DNA of 64,000 bases, taken from the NCBI GenBank assembly GCA_963716205.1, contig OY970290.1:175417-239416 (forward strand), read 5' to 3'. The translations under genes were made by a program, and so were the position numbers. This DNA comes from an uncultured bacterium. GTDB lineage: Bacteria > Patescibacteriota > Minisyncoccia > Phycocordibacterales > GWA1-40-21. Below, piece after piece: positions 9,911 to 19,545 of this stretch. How positions within the stretch are numbered: the first letter of the stretch is position 1; each line of letters opens with the position of its first letter. The notes beneath the pieces were generated by a model. That model was not told the DNA's origin and searched no databases. It saw only the letters and a program-made list of their open reading frames with translations.

Positions 9911-10801
9911 ATGGTTATTATCAAACGACAGATCAAAATTCTCATTTTTGTTTTATTATTCATTATTATCGCTCCGCTCGTAGTGCTTTATGCAAACGGC
10001 GACATTTTTGCCGATGGATGGAATATTCTTCCGACTGGCGGCATTTATGTGGAAAAAACCCCGACTGGCTCTGAAATATATTTGAATGGAAAATTAAAAG
10101 ATACGACAAGTTTTTTCAGCCGGAATTTTCTCATCAGAGATCTTGAGCCCGGGAATTATCAGGTTTCGGTCAAGAAAGATATGTATAATTCGTGGACGGA
10201 AAAAATCTCCGTTTCGACCAACTTGGTTGCCGATGCAAGCGTATTCATGCTGCCGGAAAAAGTGGATCAAAATGGCATTCTAAAATATTTGACTGCCGAT
10301 AATAATATTGCAACATCGACTATTACGAAAAAGAAAAATCCGGAGTATTCCGAAATATCGGAATTATTTGCCACCAGTTCGCTCGTCACTGTCGAGAAAC
10401 CTTTTTCGACTTCGACGATTGATTTTACGGATAATTTTGGCACAGATTATTCGCCGATCATGGATAATCAGCTCGGTTTGTGGCAGAAAAACGGAAAGAT
10501 ATATGTTCAATGGTTTGGCGATGACGATTCAGCGCCGGAATATCTCTGCAACAAGTTGGACTGCACCGAGTCACTACTCGTCTATGACAACGCAAGCGTG
10601 CCGACATCAATCGGTTTCCTGCCGGGATATTATGACGCCATTGTCATTGCTTCGGGAAATAAAATTTTTGCTGTTCAAGCGCAAAATTATTCCGCCAAAG
10701 TTCCACAAATAATTTATCAGGGCATTCATCCGGATTTCAGAATTCACGACGGAAATCTTTATATAAAAGACAACGGCGTTTTGTTGCAAGCGGTCATCTG
10801 A
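9911..10801 (+). CDS. Membrane-anchored PEGA-domain protein
   Basis: N-terminal TM, then TGGIYV..PTGSEIYLNG..LEPGNYQVSVKKDMY. Confidence 0.75.
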   Translation: MVIIKRQIKILIFVLLFIIIAPLVVLYANGDIFADGWNILPTGGIYVEKTPTGSEIYLNGKLKDTTSFFSRNFLIRDLEPGNYQVSVKKDMYNSWTEKISVSTNLVADASVFMLPEKVDQNGILKYLTADNNIATSTITKKKNPEYSEISELFATSSLVTVEKPFSTSTIDFTDNFGTDYSPIMDNQLGLWQKNGKIYVQWFGDDDSAPEYLCNKLDCTESLLVYDNASVPTSIGFLPGYYDAIVIASGNKIFAVQAQNYSAKVPQIIYQGIHPDFRIHDGNLYIKDNGVLLQAVI

Positions 10802-10841
10802 AATCTTTTGATTTTCAGCCAATTTTCGCTATAATGGGCGG

Positions 10842-11582
10842 ATGGAGAAAGATGCTGAAAAAACGATTCATATCCACCCGATTACGCGGGTTATTGACGA
10901 TATCGCAAGGATTTTTTCTGAAATGGGTTTCGCCATTGTCGATGGACCGGAGCTTGAGACGGAATATTATAATTTCGATGCTTTGAACGTACCCAAAGAT
11001 CATCCGGCGCGCGACATGCAGGATACGTTTTGGATAAAAAACAAGCCGGGATTTTTGATGCGGACGCAGACGAGCAATGTGCAGATTCATTTCATGGAGA
11101 AAAACAAGCCCCCGTTCAAAATCATCTCGCCGGGAAGAGTTTTCCGGAATGAAGCGACTGACGCGCGGCATGAAGCAATGTTTCATCAAGTCGAGGGACT
11201 TTTGGTGGATAAAAATGTTTCCTTGGCGGATCTGAAATCAACCATTAATGCTTTTTTTGATAAATTTTTGGAAAAAGATGTCGATGTCAGATTTCGACCG
11301 AGTTATTTTCCTTTTGTCGAGCCCGGTGTTGAAGTCGACGTGACGTGCTTCAAATGCAAAGGAAAAGGCGAATGTCAGCTCTGCGGCAGCTCCGGCTGGC
11401 TTGAGCTCGGCGGAGCGGGAATGGTGTATTCGAAAGTTTTGAATGGTGTTGATATAAATCCAAACGAATGGCGCGGTTTTGCTTTTGGCGTCGGAGTGGA
11501 TCGGCTTGCAATGCTCAAATACGAAATAGATGATATCCGACTCTTATATTCTGGCGATCTGCGTTTAGTCAATCAATTTTAA
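10842..11582 (+). CDS. pheS: Phenylalanine-tRNA ligase alpha subunit (no N-terminal coiled coil)
   Basis: [44 protein letters not shown]. Confidence 0.98.
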   Translation: MEKDAEKTIHIHPITRVIDDIARIFSEMGFAIVDGPELETEYYNFDALNVPKDHPARDMQDTFWIKNKPGFLMRTQTSNVQIHFMEKNKPPFKIISPGRVFRNEATDARHEAMFHQVEGLLVDKNVSLADLKSTINAFFDKFLEKDVDVRFRPSYFPFVEPGVEVDVTCFKCKGKGECQLCGSSGWLELGGAGMVYSKVLNGVDINPNEWRGFAFGVGVDRLAMLKYEIDDIRLLYSGDLRLVNQF

Positions 11583-11583
11583 T

Positions 11584-13950
11584 ATGAAAGTATCTTATAA
11601 CTGGCTCAATGAATATTTGAATGGCAAAGCGCCGAAGGCAGAAAAGGCGGCGGAGCTTTTGGATATGCATTCAATGGAAGTTGAAAATGTTGAAAAAGTC
11701 GGCAGTGATTTTGTCTTGGATGCGAAAGCGACGCCAAATTTGAATCACAGCTGCCTGTGTCATCGGGGGATTGCGCGGGAATTGGGAACCATCGTCGGAA
11801 TAAAAACAGAAAAATATTCGAGGAAGTTTAAGGATTTTGATACTGCAAAAACTTCAAAAAATTTTGTTGTAAAAATTGCTGACCCAAAATCATGCAGGAG
11901 ATATATTGGTAGGATCGTTGAAAATATCAAAGTCGGTCCGTCGCCAAAATGGCTTGCTGAAAAGCTTGAAATGATTGGTCAGCGATCGATCAACAATGTA
12001 GTCGATGCAACAAATTTTGTCATGCTCGAGATTGGTCAACCAATGCACGCGTTTGATGCAGATAAACTGGATAAAAAAGATATTTGTATCAACGTGCAGA
12101 ATGCAAAAACGGGAGATATGATAACAACACTTGATAAAAAGGAAATGGTTCTCAATGAAAATATTTTGTTGATTACCGACGGCAAAAATCCTTTGGCAAT
12201 CGCTGGCATCAAAGGCGGGAATTATGCGGAGCTTGATGCGAATACTACGAATATTGTTCTTGAATCGGCAAATTTTAATCCGGTTTTAATACGAAAAACC
12301 GCGCAAAAAATAAAGATTCAAACCGATGCTTCAAAACGATATGAAAATGATATCACTCCGGAGCTTTGCGGCGAAGCAATGGATATTTTGACGAAGCTTA
12401 TTGTGGAAATTGCCGGTACCAAAGATACAAAAGTTGGCGAGGCGATAGATAATTATCCGCGAAGAGCAAATCCGTACAAGCTTGGTATTTCTGCGCAGGA
12501 AGCAAGCGATATTATCGGTGTGAAAATATCTGATAAAGAAATCGAAAAAATATTCGACCGGTTTGATTTTGAATACAAAAAGGTAAAGCCGGTTGATGAG
12601 GTGTTGAAACTCGCTCAAAGTTTTGTCGGAGTTCCATACAAGCTTGGAGCAAGCATTTCCTATGATGCACCAAAAATTTTCGATTGTTCAGGTTTTGTCA
12701 GTTACTTATTTTCTCAAAGCGGAGTCCAAATTCCAAGAATATCTGCGGATCAATATATTTTTGGAAAAGAAGTGGTGGAAAAAGAATTACAGCCGGGCGA
12801 TATTGTTTTTTCAAATACCGGTGAAGGTAAAATATATTTTGAATCCATTGAATTTTTGCCGAAAACAAAAGTGCCTGGAGGCGTTGATCATTGTGGATTG
12901 TATCTTGGCGACGGAAAAGTGATTCATGCTTCTGAATTGACGAACGGAGTGACGGTAGAAGAATTAAAAAAGAGCAAAAGATTTGGGCATATTGTGGGTT
13001 GTTGCAGAATGTCTGATAATACTGGACGATTTGTCGTAACTGCGCCGGCGGAACGGCTTGATTTGCGGATCAAAGAAGATTTGGCGGAAGAAATCGGCAG
13101 AATCTATGGCTATGAAAAAATAAAAGATATTGAAATACCAAAATTGGCGAAGCCGGTAATGATAGATAAAAGTTTTGCATACAAAGAAAAAATCAGAAGA
13201 ATTCTTTATACTGAAGGTTTTTCAGAAGTAATGAATTATACGTTTGTTGCAAAAGGCGAGATAGAACTTGAGAATCCCTCATCACCAGAGCGGAAATTTT
13301 TGAGAGCAAACCTTGTGAATGGATTGGGTACTGCTCTTATATTAAACACATGGCATGCGGAGCTTATTGAGATGCCACAAATACGGATTTTTGAATTTGG
13401 ACACATTTTTACAGCAAAAGGGGAATACGATCATTTTGTTCTCGGCATTCAAACTCCCGGTATGAAAAATTCATCTGATAAAAAAGATCTCGAATCAATC
13501 ATCAAAATTCTTTCAGAAAAATTGGGCATTGAATTGAAAAAAATAAATACCGAAGAAAATATCGCTGAATTTGATTTTTCTGAAATAATTCAAAAATTAT
13601 CCGAACTCGCGGAATATGATTTCTCGGAAATCGGGAATGAAAATACAAAATTCAAAAAGATTTCCCAATATCCGTATATGATTCGCGACATTGCGGTATT
13701 CACTCCGGAAGGTACAAAAGCCGAAGCCGTGTTTTCAATTATCCAAAAAGAAGCGGGGAATTTGATGATAAAAAATCGCCTGTTTGATGTATTCACGAAA
13801 AAATTTTCCGATGGAAGCTCAAAAATTTCCTATGCGTATCGCCTGATATTCCAATCTTATGAGCGGACGCTTTCCGATGAGGAAATAAATACTATTATGG
13901 GAAAAATCACTAAAAAAATGAATGTTCATAATGGCTGGCAGGTCAGATAA
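11584..13950 (+). CDS. pheT: Phenylalanine-tRNA ligase beta subunit with an internal NlpC/P60 domain
   Basis: MKVSYNWL, INNVVDATN, GQPMHAFD, RLDL..DLAEEIGRIYGY, RDIA..LFDVF (B8); insert FDCSG..DHCGLY..VIHAS. Confidence 0.93.
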   Translation: MKVSYNWLNEYLNGKAPKAEKAAELLDMHSMEVENVEKVGSDFVLDAKATPNLNHSCLCHRGIARELGTIVGIKTEKYSRKFKDFDTAKTSKNFVVKIADPKSCRRYIGRIVENIKVGPSPKWLAEKLEMIGQRSINNVVDATNFVMLEIGQPMHAFDADKLDKKDICINVQNAKTGDMITTLDKKEMVLNENILLITDGKNPLAIAGIKGGNYAELDANTTNIVLESANFNPVLIRKTAQKIKIQTDASKRYENDITPELCGEAMDILTKLIVEIAGTKDTKVGEAIDNYPRRANPYKLGISAQEASDIIGVKISDKEIEKIFDRFDFEYKKVKPVDEVLKLAQSFVGVPYKLGASISYDAPKIFDCSGFVSYLFSQSGVQIPRISADQYIFGKEVVEKELQPGDIVFSNTGEGKIYFESIEFLPKTKVPGGVDHCGLYLGDGKVIHASELTNGVTVEELKKSKRFGHIVGCCRMSDNTGRFVVTAPAERLDLRIKEDLAEEIGRIYGYEKIKDIEIPKLAKPVMIDKSFAYKEKIRRILYTEGFSEVMNYTFVAKGEIELENPSSPERKFLRANLVNGLGTALILNTWHAELIEMPQIRIFEFGHIFTAKGEYDHFVLGIQTPGMKNSSDKKDLESIIKILSEKLGIELKKINTEENIAEFDFSEIIQKLSELAEYDFSEIGNENTKFKKISQYPYMIRDIAVFTPEGTKAEAVFSIIQKEAGNLMIKNRLFDVFTKKFSDGSSKISYAYRLIFQSYERTLSDEEINTIMGKITKKMNVHNGWQVR
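12586..13020 (+). other. NlpC/P60 (C40 peptidase) domain inserted in PheT B5
   Basis: AQSFVGVPYKLG..FDCSGFVSYLF..IPRISADQ..LQPGDIVF..HCGLYLGDGKVIHAS; Cys368/His436/His448. Confidence 0.9.
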
Positions 13951-13954
13951 ATAT

Positions 13955-14476
13955 ATGAAACTAAACATTCCTTATTATTCGCAATTTTTGGATGTTGATG
14001 ATCAATATTGGTCGCCGCGCGCATGCGGGCCTGTCAATTTATATACGGCGCTTATTTTTTTGAAAAAAGTGCCGGAAAATATGACGCTGATTGATCTCAT
14101 AAAAAAAATGAACAACGATGAAGGATATTATACGAACGGCTGGCGCCACGATGTATTTGTAAACACAGCGCATGAATTTGGTTTATTGAAAGCCCACCGA
14201 GAAGAAAAAATAGATTTTGATTCTGGACTTCTCAAAATAAAAGAAAATCTTGATGCAGGTTTTCCTGTTATTTTTTCTGTAATCAAAAGAACACTTGAGC
14301 AGACAAAATTTCACATGCTCCTTGCGATTGGATATGAACCAGAGAACAACAGGAGCATAAAAGGATTATATTATTACGATCCGGAAAGCACAGATAGAGA
14401 AAAAGGAAAAGATCATTTCGCAACAAAAGAAATGCTGGAAAAAGATTGGCGAAGAATGGCAATATTTTTTCAATAA
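13955..14476 (+). CDS. C39-like cysteine peptidase, no signal peptide
   Basis: LNIPYYSQ..ACGP..HMLLAIGY..YYDP (Q, C, H, D pattern). Confidence 0.8.
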   Translation: MKLNIPYYSQFLDVDDQYWSPRACGPVNLYTALIFLKKVPENMTLIDLIKKMNNDEGYYTNGWRHDVFVNTAHEFGLLKAHREEKIDFDSGLLKIKENLDAGFPVIFSVIKRTLEQTKFHMLLAIGYEPENNRSIKGLYYYDPESTDREKGKDHFATKEMLEKDWRRMAIFFQ

Positions 14477-14510
14477 AAAAGCGCTGAATCCATAATGGAT
14501 CAGCGCTTTT
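14477..14510. terminator. Bidirectional terminator-like hairpin
   Basis: AAAAGCGCTGA..TCAGCGCTTTT. Confidence 0.7.
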
Positions 14511-14521
14511 GCACAAAGTTG

Positions 14522-14794
14522 TTACTTCTTTTTTATCTCGTGTTTTTTCAAATATTGTTCATCCTCACGTTTCTTCACCTCTTTTTCCAGAAGATTCTTT
14601 ATATCTTTTTCCTTGAGATTGTGTTCTTTAGCAATATCTGAGATTTTCCAGCCGGATACATCTTTGATTTGTTTCTTCCACGTGATCATCCGCCGAGCCA
14701 GGTCCTCAATATCCATTTTGAGTTTTTCTTCCCCAATTTGTTTTGGATCTCTCGGTAATTCCTTCTTCCCAAAAAGAAGTCTTTTAATCACCAT
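14522..14794 (-). CDS. Basic orphan protein
   Basis: SD AAGGGAGG before ATG; 90 aa. Confidence 0.65.
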   Translation of the reverse strand: MVIKRLLFGKKELPRDPKQIGEEKLKMDIEDLARRMITWKKQIKDVSGWKISDIAKEHNLKEKDIKNLLEKEVKKREDEQYLKKHEIKKK

Positions 14795-14942
14795 AACGCG
14801 ACCCTCCCTTTTTAATGATTCTTCTACTTTTCACAATAACATATTATTATAAATAATGCAACTTTTTTATCACCTTTTTCACTTCCATTCTATTGTCAAA
14901 ATGCTATAATTAGAGCTATAAAAGCGATAAACGTTTTCATTT

Positions 14943-17018
14943 ATGCCTAAAGAAAAAGAGTCAAAAAAACTGCAAAATCAAGGAAGTTATGATGCCAGTT
15001 CCATTCAAGTCCTTGAAGGTCTTGAGCCGGTCAGAAAGCGACCGGGCATGTATATCGGTACGACGGGTCCGGATGGTTTGCATCATTTGATAACCGAGAT
15101 TTTTGACAATTCGCGCGATGAAGCGATGAATGGTTTTTGCAATCATATCGAGGTGGTTCTCCTGCCGCAAAACAGAGTGCGAGTGACGGACAATGGCCGA
15201 GGCATTCCCGTTGACATCATGAAGCAGACAAAAGTTTCCGCACTCGAGACGATCATGACGACGCTTCATGCTGGAGGCAAATTTGGCGGAGAAAAAACGG
15301 GATACAAAGCATCGGGTGGTCTTCATGGCGTCGGCGCATCGGTGGTCAATGCACTTTCCATTTATATGAAAGTCGTCGTGCACAAAGACGGCGGAATTTA
15401 TTATCAGGAATATTCAAAAGGAAAGAAAAAAGCGGCGGTGAAGAAAATCGGCAAGTCCGACCTGCACGGCACGATCGTCACCTTTGAGCCGGACGCGGAA
15501 ATTTTCAAAGAGGGAATCGTTTTTAATTTCAATAAAGTTATTTCGCACATGCGGCAGCAGGCGTATCTGGTGAAGGGATTGAAAATTTCGGTCATTGATG
15601 CGCGGGAAGTTTCGGCAAAAATAAATGACGAAGAAGTATTTTATTTTTCCGAGCTTGGAATCGAGACACCGTCCGAGTCATTTTATTTTGAAGGAGGACT
15701 TTTGTCATTTGTGAAATTTTATAACCAGATGCAAAAGCCGATCCACAAAAATGTTTTTTATGTAGAGAAAAAAGCGACCGGCGTAGAATCCGTCGAAATC
15801 GCACTGCAGTATGTCGACGATATCTCTTCGCGCATCATGGCGTTTGCAAACAATATTGAAAATCCGGAAGGCGGTGCGCATGTGACCGGCTTCAAAACAT
15901 CCCTGACGAGAAGTCTGAACAATTACGCAAGAAAAAATAATATCGTCAAGGAAAGCGAGGATAATTTTACTGGCGACGATGTGCTTGAAGGCTTGACCGC
16001 AGTCATTTCCGTCAAAATTCGCGAGATTCAATTTGAAGGACAGACGAAAGCCAAGCTCGGCTCGGTGGAGGCTCGCGGCGCGGTGGAAGAAGTCTTTAGC
16101 GAAGCATTTGGCGCATTTCTCGAGGAAAATCCAGATGATGCCAGGGCTATAATTTCCAAAGTCATTTTGGCTTTGCGCGCAAGAAAAGCGGCAAAGGCTG
16201 CAAAGGATTCCATTCTTCGAAAAGGCGCGCTTGAAGGCATGACATTGCCGGGCAAACTTGCGGATTGCCAGTCGAAAGACGCGACAGAGTCAGAACTTTT
16301 TATCGTTGAAGGAGATTCCGCAGGTGGTACTGCCAAGATGGGTCGCGACAGAAAGACGCAAGCTATTTTGCCTTTGCGCGGGAAAATTTTGAATATTGAA
16401 AGAGCTCGACTCGACAAAATGCTTGACTCGGAACAGATTAAAAATTTGGTGGTGGCGCTCGGCGCGGCGATCGGCGATACGTTTGATATTGAAAAATTGC
16501 GATACCACAAAGTGATTATTGCGACCGATGCCGACGTGGACGGTGCACACATCCGCACACTTTTGCTCACACTTTTCTACAGATATTTCAGACCGCTCAT
16601 TGATGGCGGACATATTTGCATCGCTCAGCCGCCGCTCTACAAAGTGAAGCTCGGTAAAGCAGTGCATTATTTTTATGATGACAAGGAAAAAGACGCGTTC
16701 TTCAAAAAAGAAAAAATTTCCGATTCTGAAGTTTCTGAAGAATCGAGCGAAGAAAATTCTGAAGTTGAAGCTGAAACGGAGACTGAAAATAAAAAATCAC
16801 CGAAGCTTTCTGTTCAGCGTTACAAAGGTCTCGGCGAAATGAATGCCGAAGAGCTCTGGGAGACGACAATGGATCCAGCGAGAAGAATGATGAAACGCGT
16901 GCGGGTGGAGGATGCGCACGAGGCGGACAAAATTTTTGATATGCTGATGGGCACGGATGTGCCTGCGCGAAAAGCGTTCATCCAATCGAATGCAAAGCTT
17001 GCGAATATTGATATATAA
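14943..17018 (+). CDS. gyrB: DNA gyrase subunit B
   Basis: VRKRPGMYIG, GGLHGVG, EGDSAGG, PLRGKILN, DADVDG, RYKGLGEM. Confidence 0.95.
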   Translation: MPKEKESKKLQNQGSYDASSIQVLEGLEPVRKRPGMYIGTTGPDGLHHLITEIFDNSRDEAMNGFCNHIEVVLLPQNRVRVTDNGRGIPVDIMKQTKVSALETIMTTLHAGGKFGGEKTGYKASGGLHGVGASVVNALSIYMKVVVHKDGGIYYQEYSKGKKKAAVKKIGKSDLHGTIVTFEPDAEIFKEGIVFNFNKVISHMRQQAYLVKGLKISVIDAREVSAKINDEEVFYFSELGIETPSESFYFEGGLLSFVKFYNQMQKPIHKNVFYVEKKATGVESVEIALQYVDDISSRIMAFANNIENPEGGAHVTGFKTSLTRSLNNYARKNNIVKESEDNFTGDDVLEGLTAVISVKIREIQFEGQTKAKLGSVEARGAVEEVFSEAFGAFLEENPDDARAIISKVILALRARKAAKAAKDSILRKGALEGMTLPGKLADCQSKDATESELFIVEGDSAGGTAKMGRDRKTQAILPLRGKILNIERARLDKMLDSEQIKNLVVALGAAIGDTFDIEKLRYHKVIIATDADVDGAHIRTLLLTLFYRYFRPLIDGGHICIAQPPLYKVKLGKAVHYFYDDKEKDAFFKKEKISDSEVSEESSEENSEVEAETETENKKSPKLSVQRYKGLGEMNAEELWETTMDPARRMMKRVRVEDAHEADKIFDMLMGTDVPARKAFIQSNAKLANIDI

Positions 17019-17030
17019 ATAAAATAATTC

Positions 17031-17061
17031 AAAAGAGCGGCGCCGAAGGCGCCGCTCTTTT
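17031..17061. repeat. REP-like palindrome/terminator, copy 1
   Basis: AAAAGAGCGGCGCC-GAA-GGCGCCGCTCTTTT. Confidence 0.8.
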
Positions 17062-17082
17062 TATTTTCAATTCATTTTTTGA

Positions 17083-18099
17083 TTAGTATACCATCGCACT
17101 GCACTCGACCGTAATCGTCTGGCCATTTGAGGTGACAGCCACGTTGGCAACTTGAAGTCCAGATGTATCATATGTATGAGTTGCAGTGTTGGTCGTTGAA
17201 TACAATCCATCACTTCCAGTCCAGTTGTATGAGAAGTATCCGTTTCCGCCGGAAGCTGCGACAAACCAGTTGATGGTGCCGCCAGGATAGGTGGTCTGCG
17301 GATTGGCATAGCAATTTGCGTTGATATTAGTCCACGTGTAGATAGTTCCATAACCGGAAGTTGTCGGGGTATATGTACTAGCCGGATACACAGTATATCC
17401 ATATCCGTTTGAATAACTCGTTCCTTCAATATTGAATGGAACGGTCAACGAATTGTTCATTTTATTTGATTCGTCGATAAGATTCAAAGGATCAACGGTA
17501 ATATAGCCGGTATTGATACCTTGTGCAATCGGACTGTCAAAACTTGCAGTGAAAATCATTTCATCGCCTGGATTAATCGATTGCTGATACGGAGAATCAT
17601 AGTTTGGAGTCGTTCGTGAAGGCATTGTCAATCGAAGCGTCCACGGACCAGAAACATTTGTGCCGATATTTCTAACTGCAAATTTGATACCGACAGTATC
17701 GTCTGCACCGGCATATGGAGTTTGGATAAACTGTCCGTTGGAAATGATACCAGTTCCAATCAAGCTGATAGCAAGATCAGGCAATCCATAATAGCTGGCA
17801 GCAGGAGCAACATATGTGTTGGTATTTTGCGGCACTGAATTATTTGCGGTTTTTGTTTGGGTTGGCTGAGTTGCTGAATTTGAATTTTGTGTTGCAGTTG
17901 ATGTTGCAGGAATCAAAGTTGACGAAAGGGTAGTGGCAACGTAGTTTGAACCGGTTGAGAAAAGAGCCGGAATCAATTTGAACGGTATCCAGATGAAAAG
18001 CGCGATGACAAGAATAATACCGGCAGCAATAGCTGCTGTTATAAAATGATGTTTTACCGTCATTGTTGGTGCTGTTTGTGGTGTTATTTTCTCAGGCAT
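17083..18099 (-). CDS. Membrane-anchored surface protein with CARDB-like and PKD-like Ig domains
   Basis: TM helix, Thr-rich linker, PDLAI..VRNIG..VDPLNLIDESNKMNN, then SYNWTG..THTY. Confidence 0.75.
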   Translation of the reverse strand: MPEKITPQTAPTMTVKHHFITAAIAAGIILVIALFIWIPFKLIPALFSTGSNYVATTLSSTLIPATSTATQNSNSATQPTQTKTANNSVPQNTNTYVAPAASYYGLPDLAISLIGTGIISNGQFIQTPYAGADDTVGIKFAVRNIGTNVSGPWTLRLTMPSRTTPNYDSPYQQSINPGDEMIFTASFDSPIAQGINTGYITVDPLNLIDESNKMNNSLTVPFNIEGTSYSNGYGYTVYPASTYTPTTSGYGTIYTWTNINANCYANPQTTYPGGTINWFVAASGGNGYFSYNWTGSDGLYSTTNTATHTYDTSGLQVANVAVTSNGQTITVECSAMVY

Positions 18100-18204
18100 G
18101 ATAATATTTTGGATAAATCTATTAAATTTGTAACACAAACACTATACACTACTTGACTTTTATTGTCAAGAGATTATAATATGACACGTAAATAAGCCAA
18201 AAAT

Positions 18205-18858
18205 ATGAATGAAAATAAGCCCCAAAACAAAATAGGAATCAGGCAGCTCATTTGGAAGCATAAATTCCATTTTTTTCTCGATGTCATTATCGTGTTTTTG
18301 ATAACATTCGGGGTCTTGTACCTTTTTGGTTTCGTTCCGAATGAATTCAACAATACCATCGGCAGATATCCTGACCAGGAATCAAAAGGCAACCAAATCG
18401 GCGAGCTCCCACTTACATTAAGTGCGCCCGAAGTCGGCATTAACACACAAGTCTACAATCCGGACAGCACATCGACTGATGTGCTCGACAGCTGGCTTCT
18501 GAAAGGCGCGGTGCGCTATCCGGGATCCGGACTTCCGGGCGGACAGGGAAATGTTTATATCTTCGGACACAGCACCGGATTCAAAATCGTGCACAATCAA
18601 GCATATAAAACTTTTGTCGGACTTGATGATTTAAAGCCCGGCGATCCGGTCTACCTTGATTCTGCCGATTACCAATATACCTATAAAGTGCAGTGGGTAA
18701 AAATGGAAACTGCGAGCGAAGCGCTTGTCGTTTTCAATACCAATGTAAATCTTCTGACGCTTTCCACCTGCGATACCTTTGCCGCAAAAGAAGACAGGTA
18801 TGTCATGCAAGCGCAATATGTCGGCCGCACGCCGATACCGGCAAGCTCGCAGTCGTAA
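18205..18858 (+). CDS. Sortase
   Basis: N-terminal TM; GNVYIFGHS, LTLSTC, DRY (His-Cys-Arg triad). Confidence 0.9.
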   Translation: MNENKPQNKIGIRQLIWKHKFHFFLDVIIVFLITFGVLYLFGFVPNEFNNTIGRYPDQESKGNQIGELPLTLSAPEVGINTQVYNPDSTSTDVLDSWLLKGAVRYPGSGLPGGQGNVYIFGHSTGFKIVHNQAYKTFVGLDDLKPGDPVYLDSADYQYTYKVQWVKMETASEALVVFNTNVNLLTLSTCDTFAAKEDRYVMQAQYVGRTPIPASSQS

Positions 18859-18957
18859 TTTAATTGATTTGACTTTTTAAAGTTTTTATTTTAGTATCGT
18901 TATTCGATAAGTTGTTCTTTGTTGTTTTGTTGAAAACCAAAATAAAGGGAGTACACC

Positions 18958-19503
18958 ATGAATGTTGGAAATCCTCCAGTGTCTTATGATTCTTTAGTCA
19001 GTCAAGTAACGGATGCGGTTCGAATTTTTAGCACCATTCCAGGCTTTGGGCTCAGGAATTGTGGTTTTTTTACGATTCTTGAACCTGGCAAAAAGGCGAT
19101 CACATCTCAAATTGGTAAATGTCCCGTTGAAAGAGCCGAAAAGTATTTTTTACTTTCACAGGAAAAAGCAAAACGGCTTCTTTCTGAAAACAGTAAAGAA
19201 TTTATTGCAGAAGGTGATGCCCATTTGCTGAGTTGGGAAAGTAGAGATCCAACTGCAACCATTGCTGGCCAGCCAGTTGAAGAAAAACCATGGGGAAAAT
19301 GGGGAGGTGCGATTAGAGCGGGTGGCTGCTTCATTTCACTTTCTGGGCTTCCAGAATTGGGAGGTGAAGCGGCTATGATCTACACTGCTTTCAAAGTCGG
19401 ATGGTTGAACAATGAAGCAGTAGGAGCCTTTCATCGAATAAATAACAATGAGTTTTTAAGTTATTTTCCGCCGTTCAAAAACATACTTCAGAAAGTTAGC
19501 TAG
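18958..19503 (+). CDS. Orphan, possible GlcG/HbpS-like fold
   Basis: EKAKRL..WGGAI..ISLSGLPE; own promoter TTGACT-17-TAGTAT and SD. Confidence 0.55.
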   Translation: MNVGNPPVSYDSLVSQVTDAVRIFSTIPGFGLRNCGFFTILEPGKKAITSQIGKCPVERAEKYFLLSQEKAKRLLSENSKEFIAEGDAHLLSWESRDPTATIAGQPVEEKPWGKWGGAIRAGGCFISLSGLPELGGEAAMIYTAFKVGWLNNEAVGAFHRINNNEFLSYFPPFKNILQKVS

Positions 19504-19517
19504 TTTTTACGCAAGAC

Positions 19518-19544
19518 ATAGCGGGGAATTAAATTCCCCGCTAT
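19518..19544. terminator. Bidirectional hairpin terminator
   Basis: ATAGCGGGGAATT-A-AATTCCCCGCTAT. Confidence 0.8.
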
Positions 19545-19545
19545 T

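Noticed and set aside
11344-11400. CxxC..CxxC insert in PheS
   Set aside because: This is a common feature of many bacterial PheS proteins.
12586-13020. PheT insert as an intein
   Set aside because: It has no intein splice-junction motifs (N-terminal C/S, C-terminal HN followed by C/S/T) and no LAGLIDADG motifs; the motifs are NlpC/P60.
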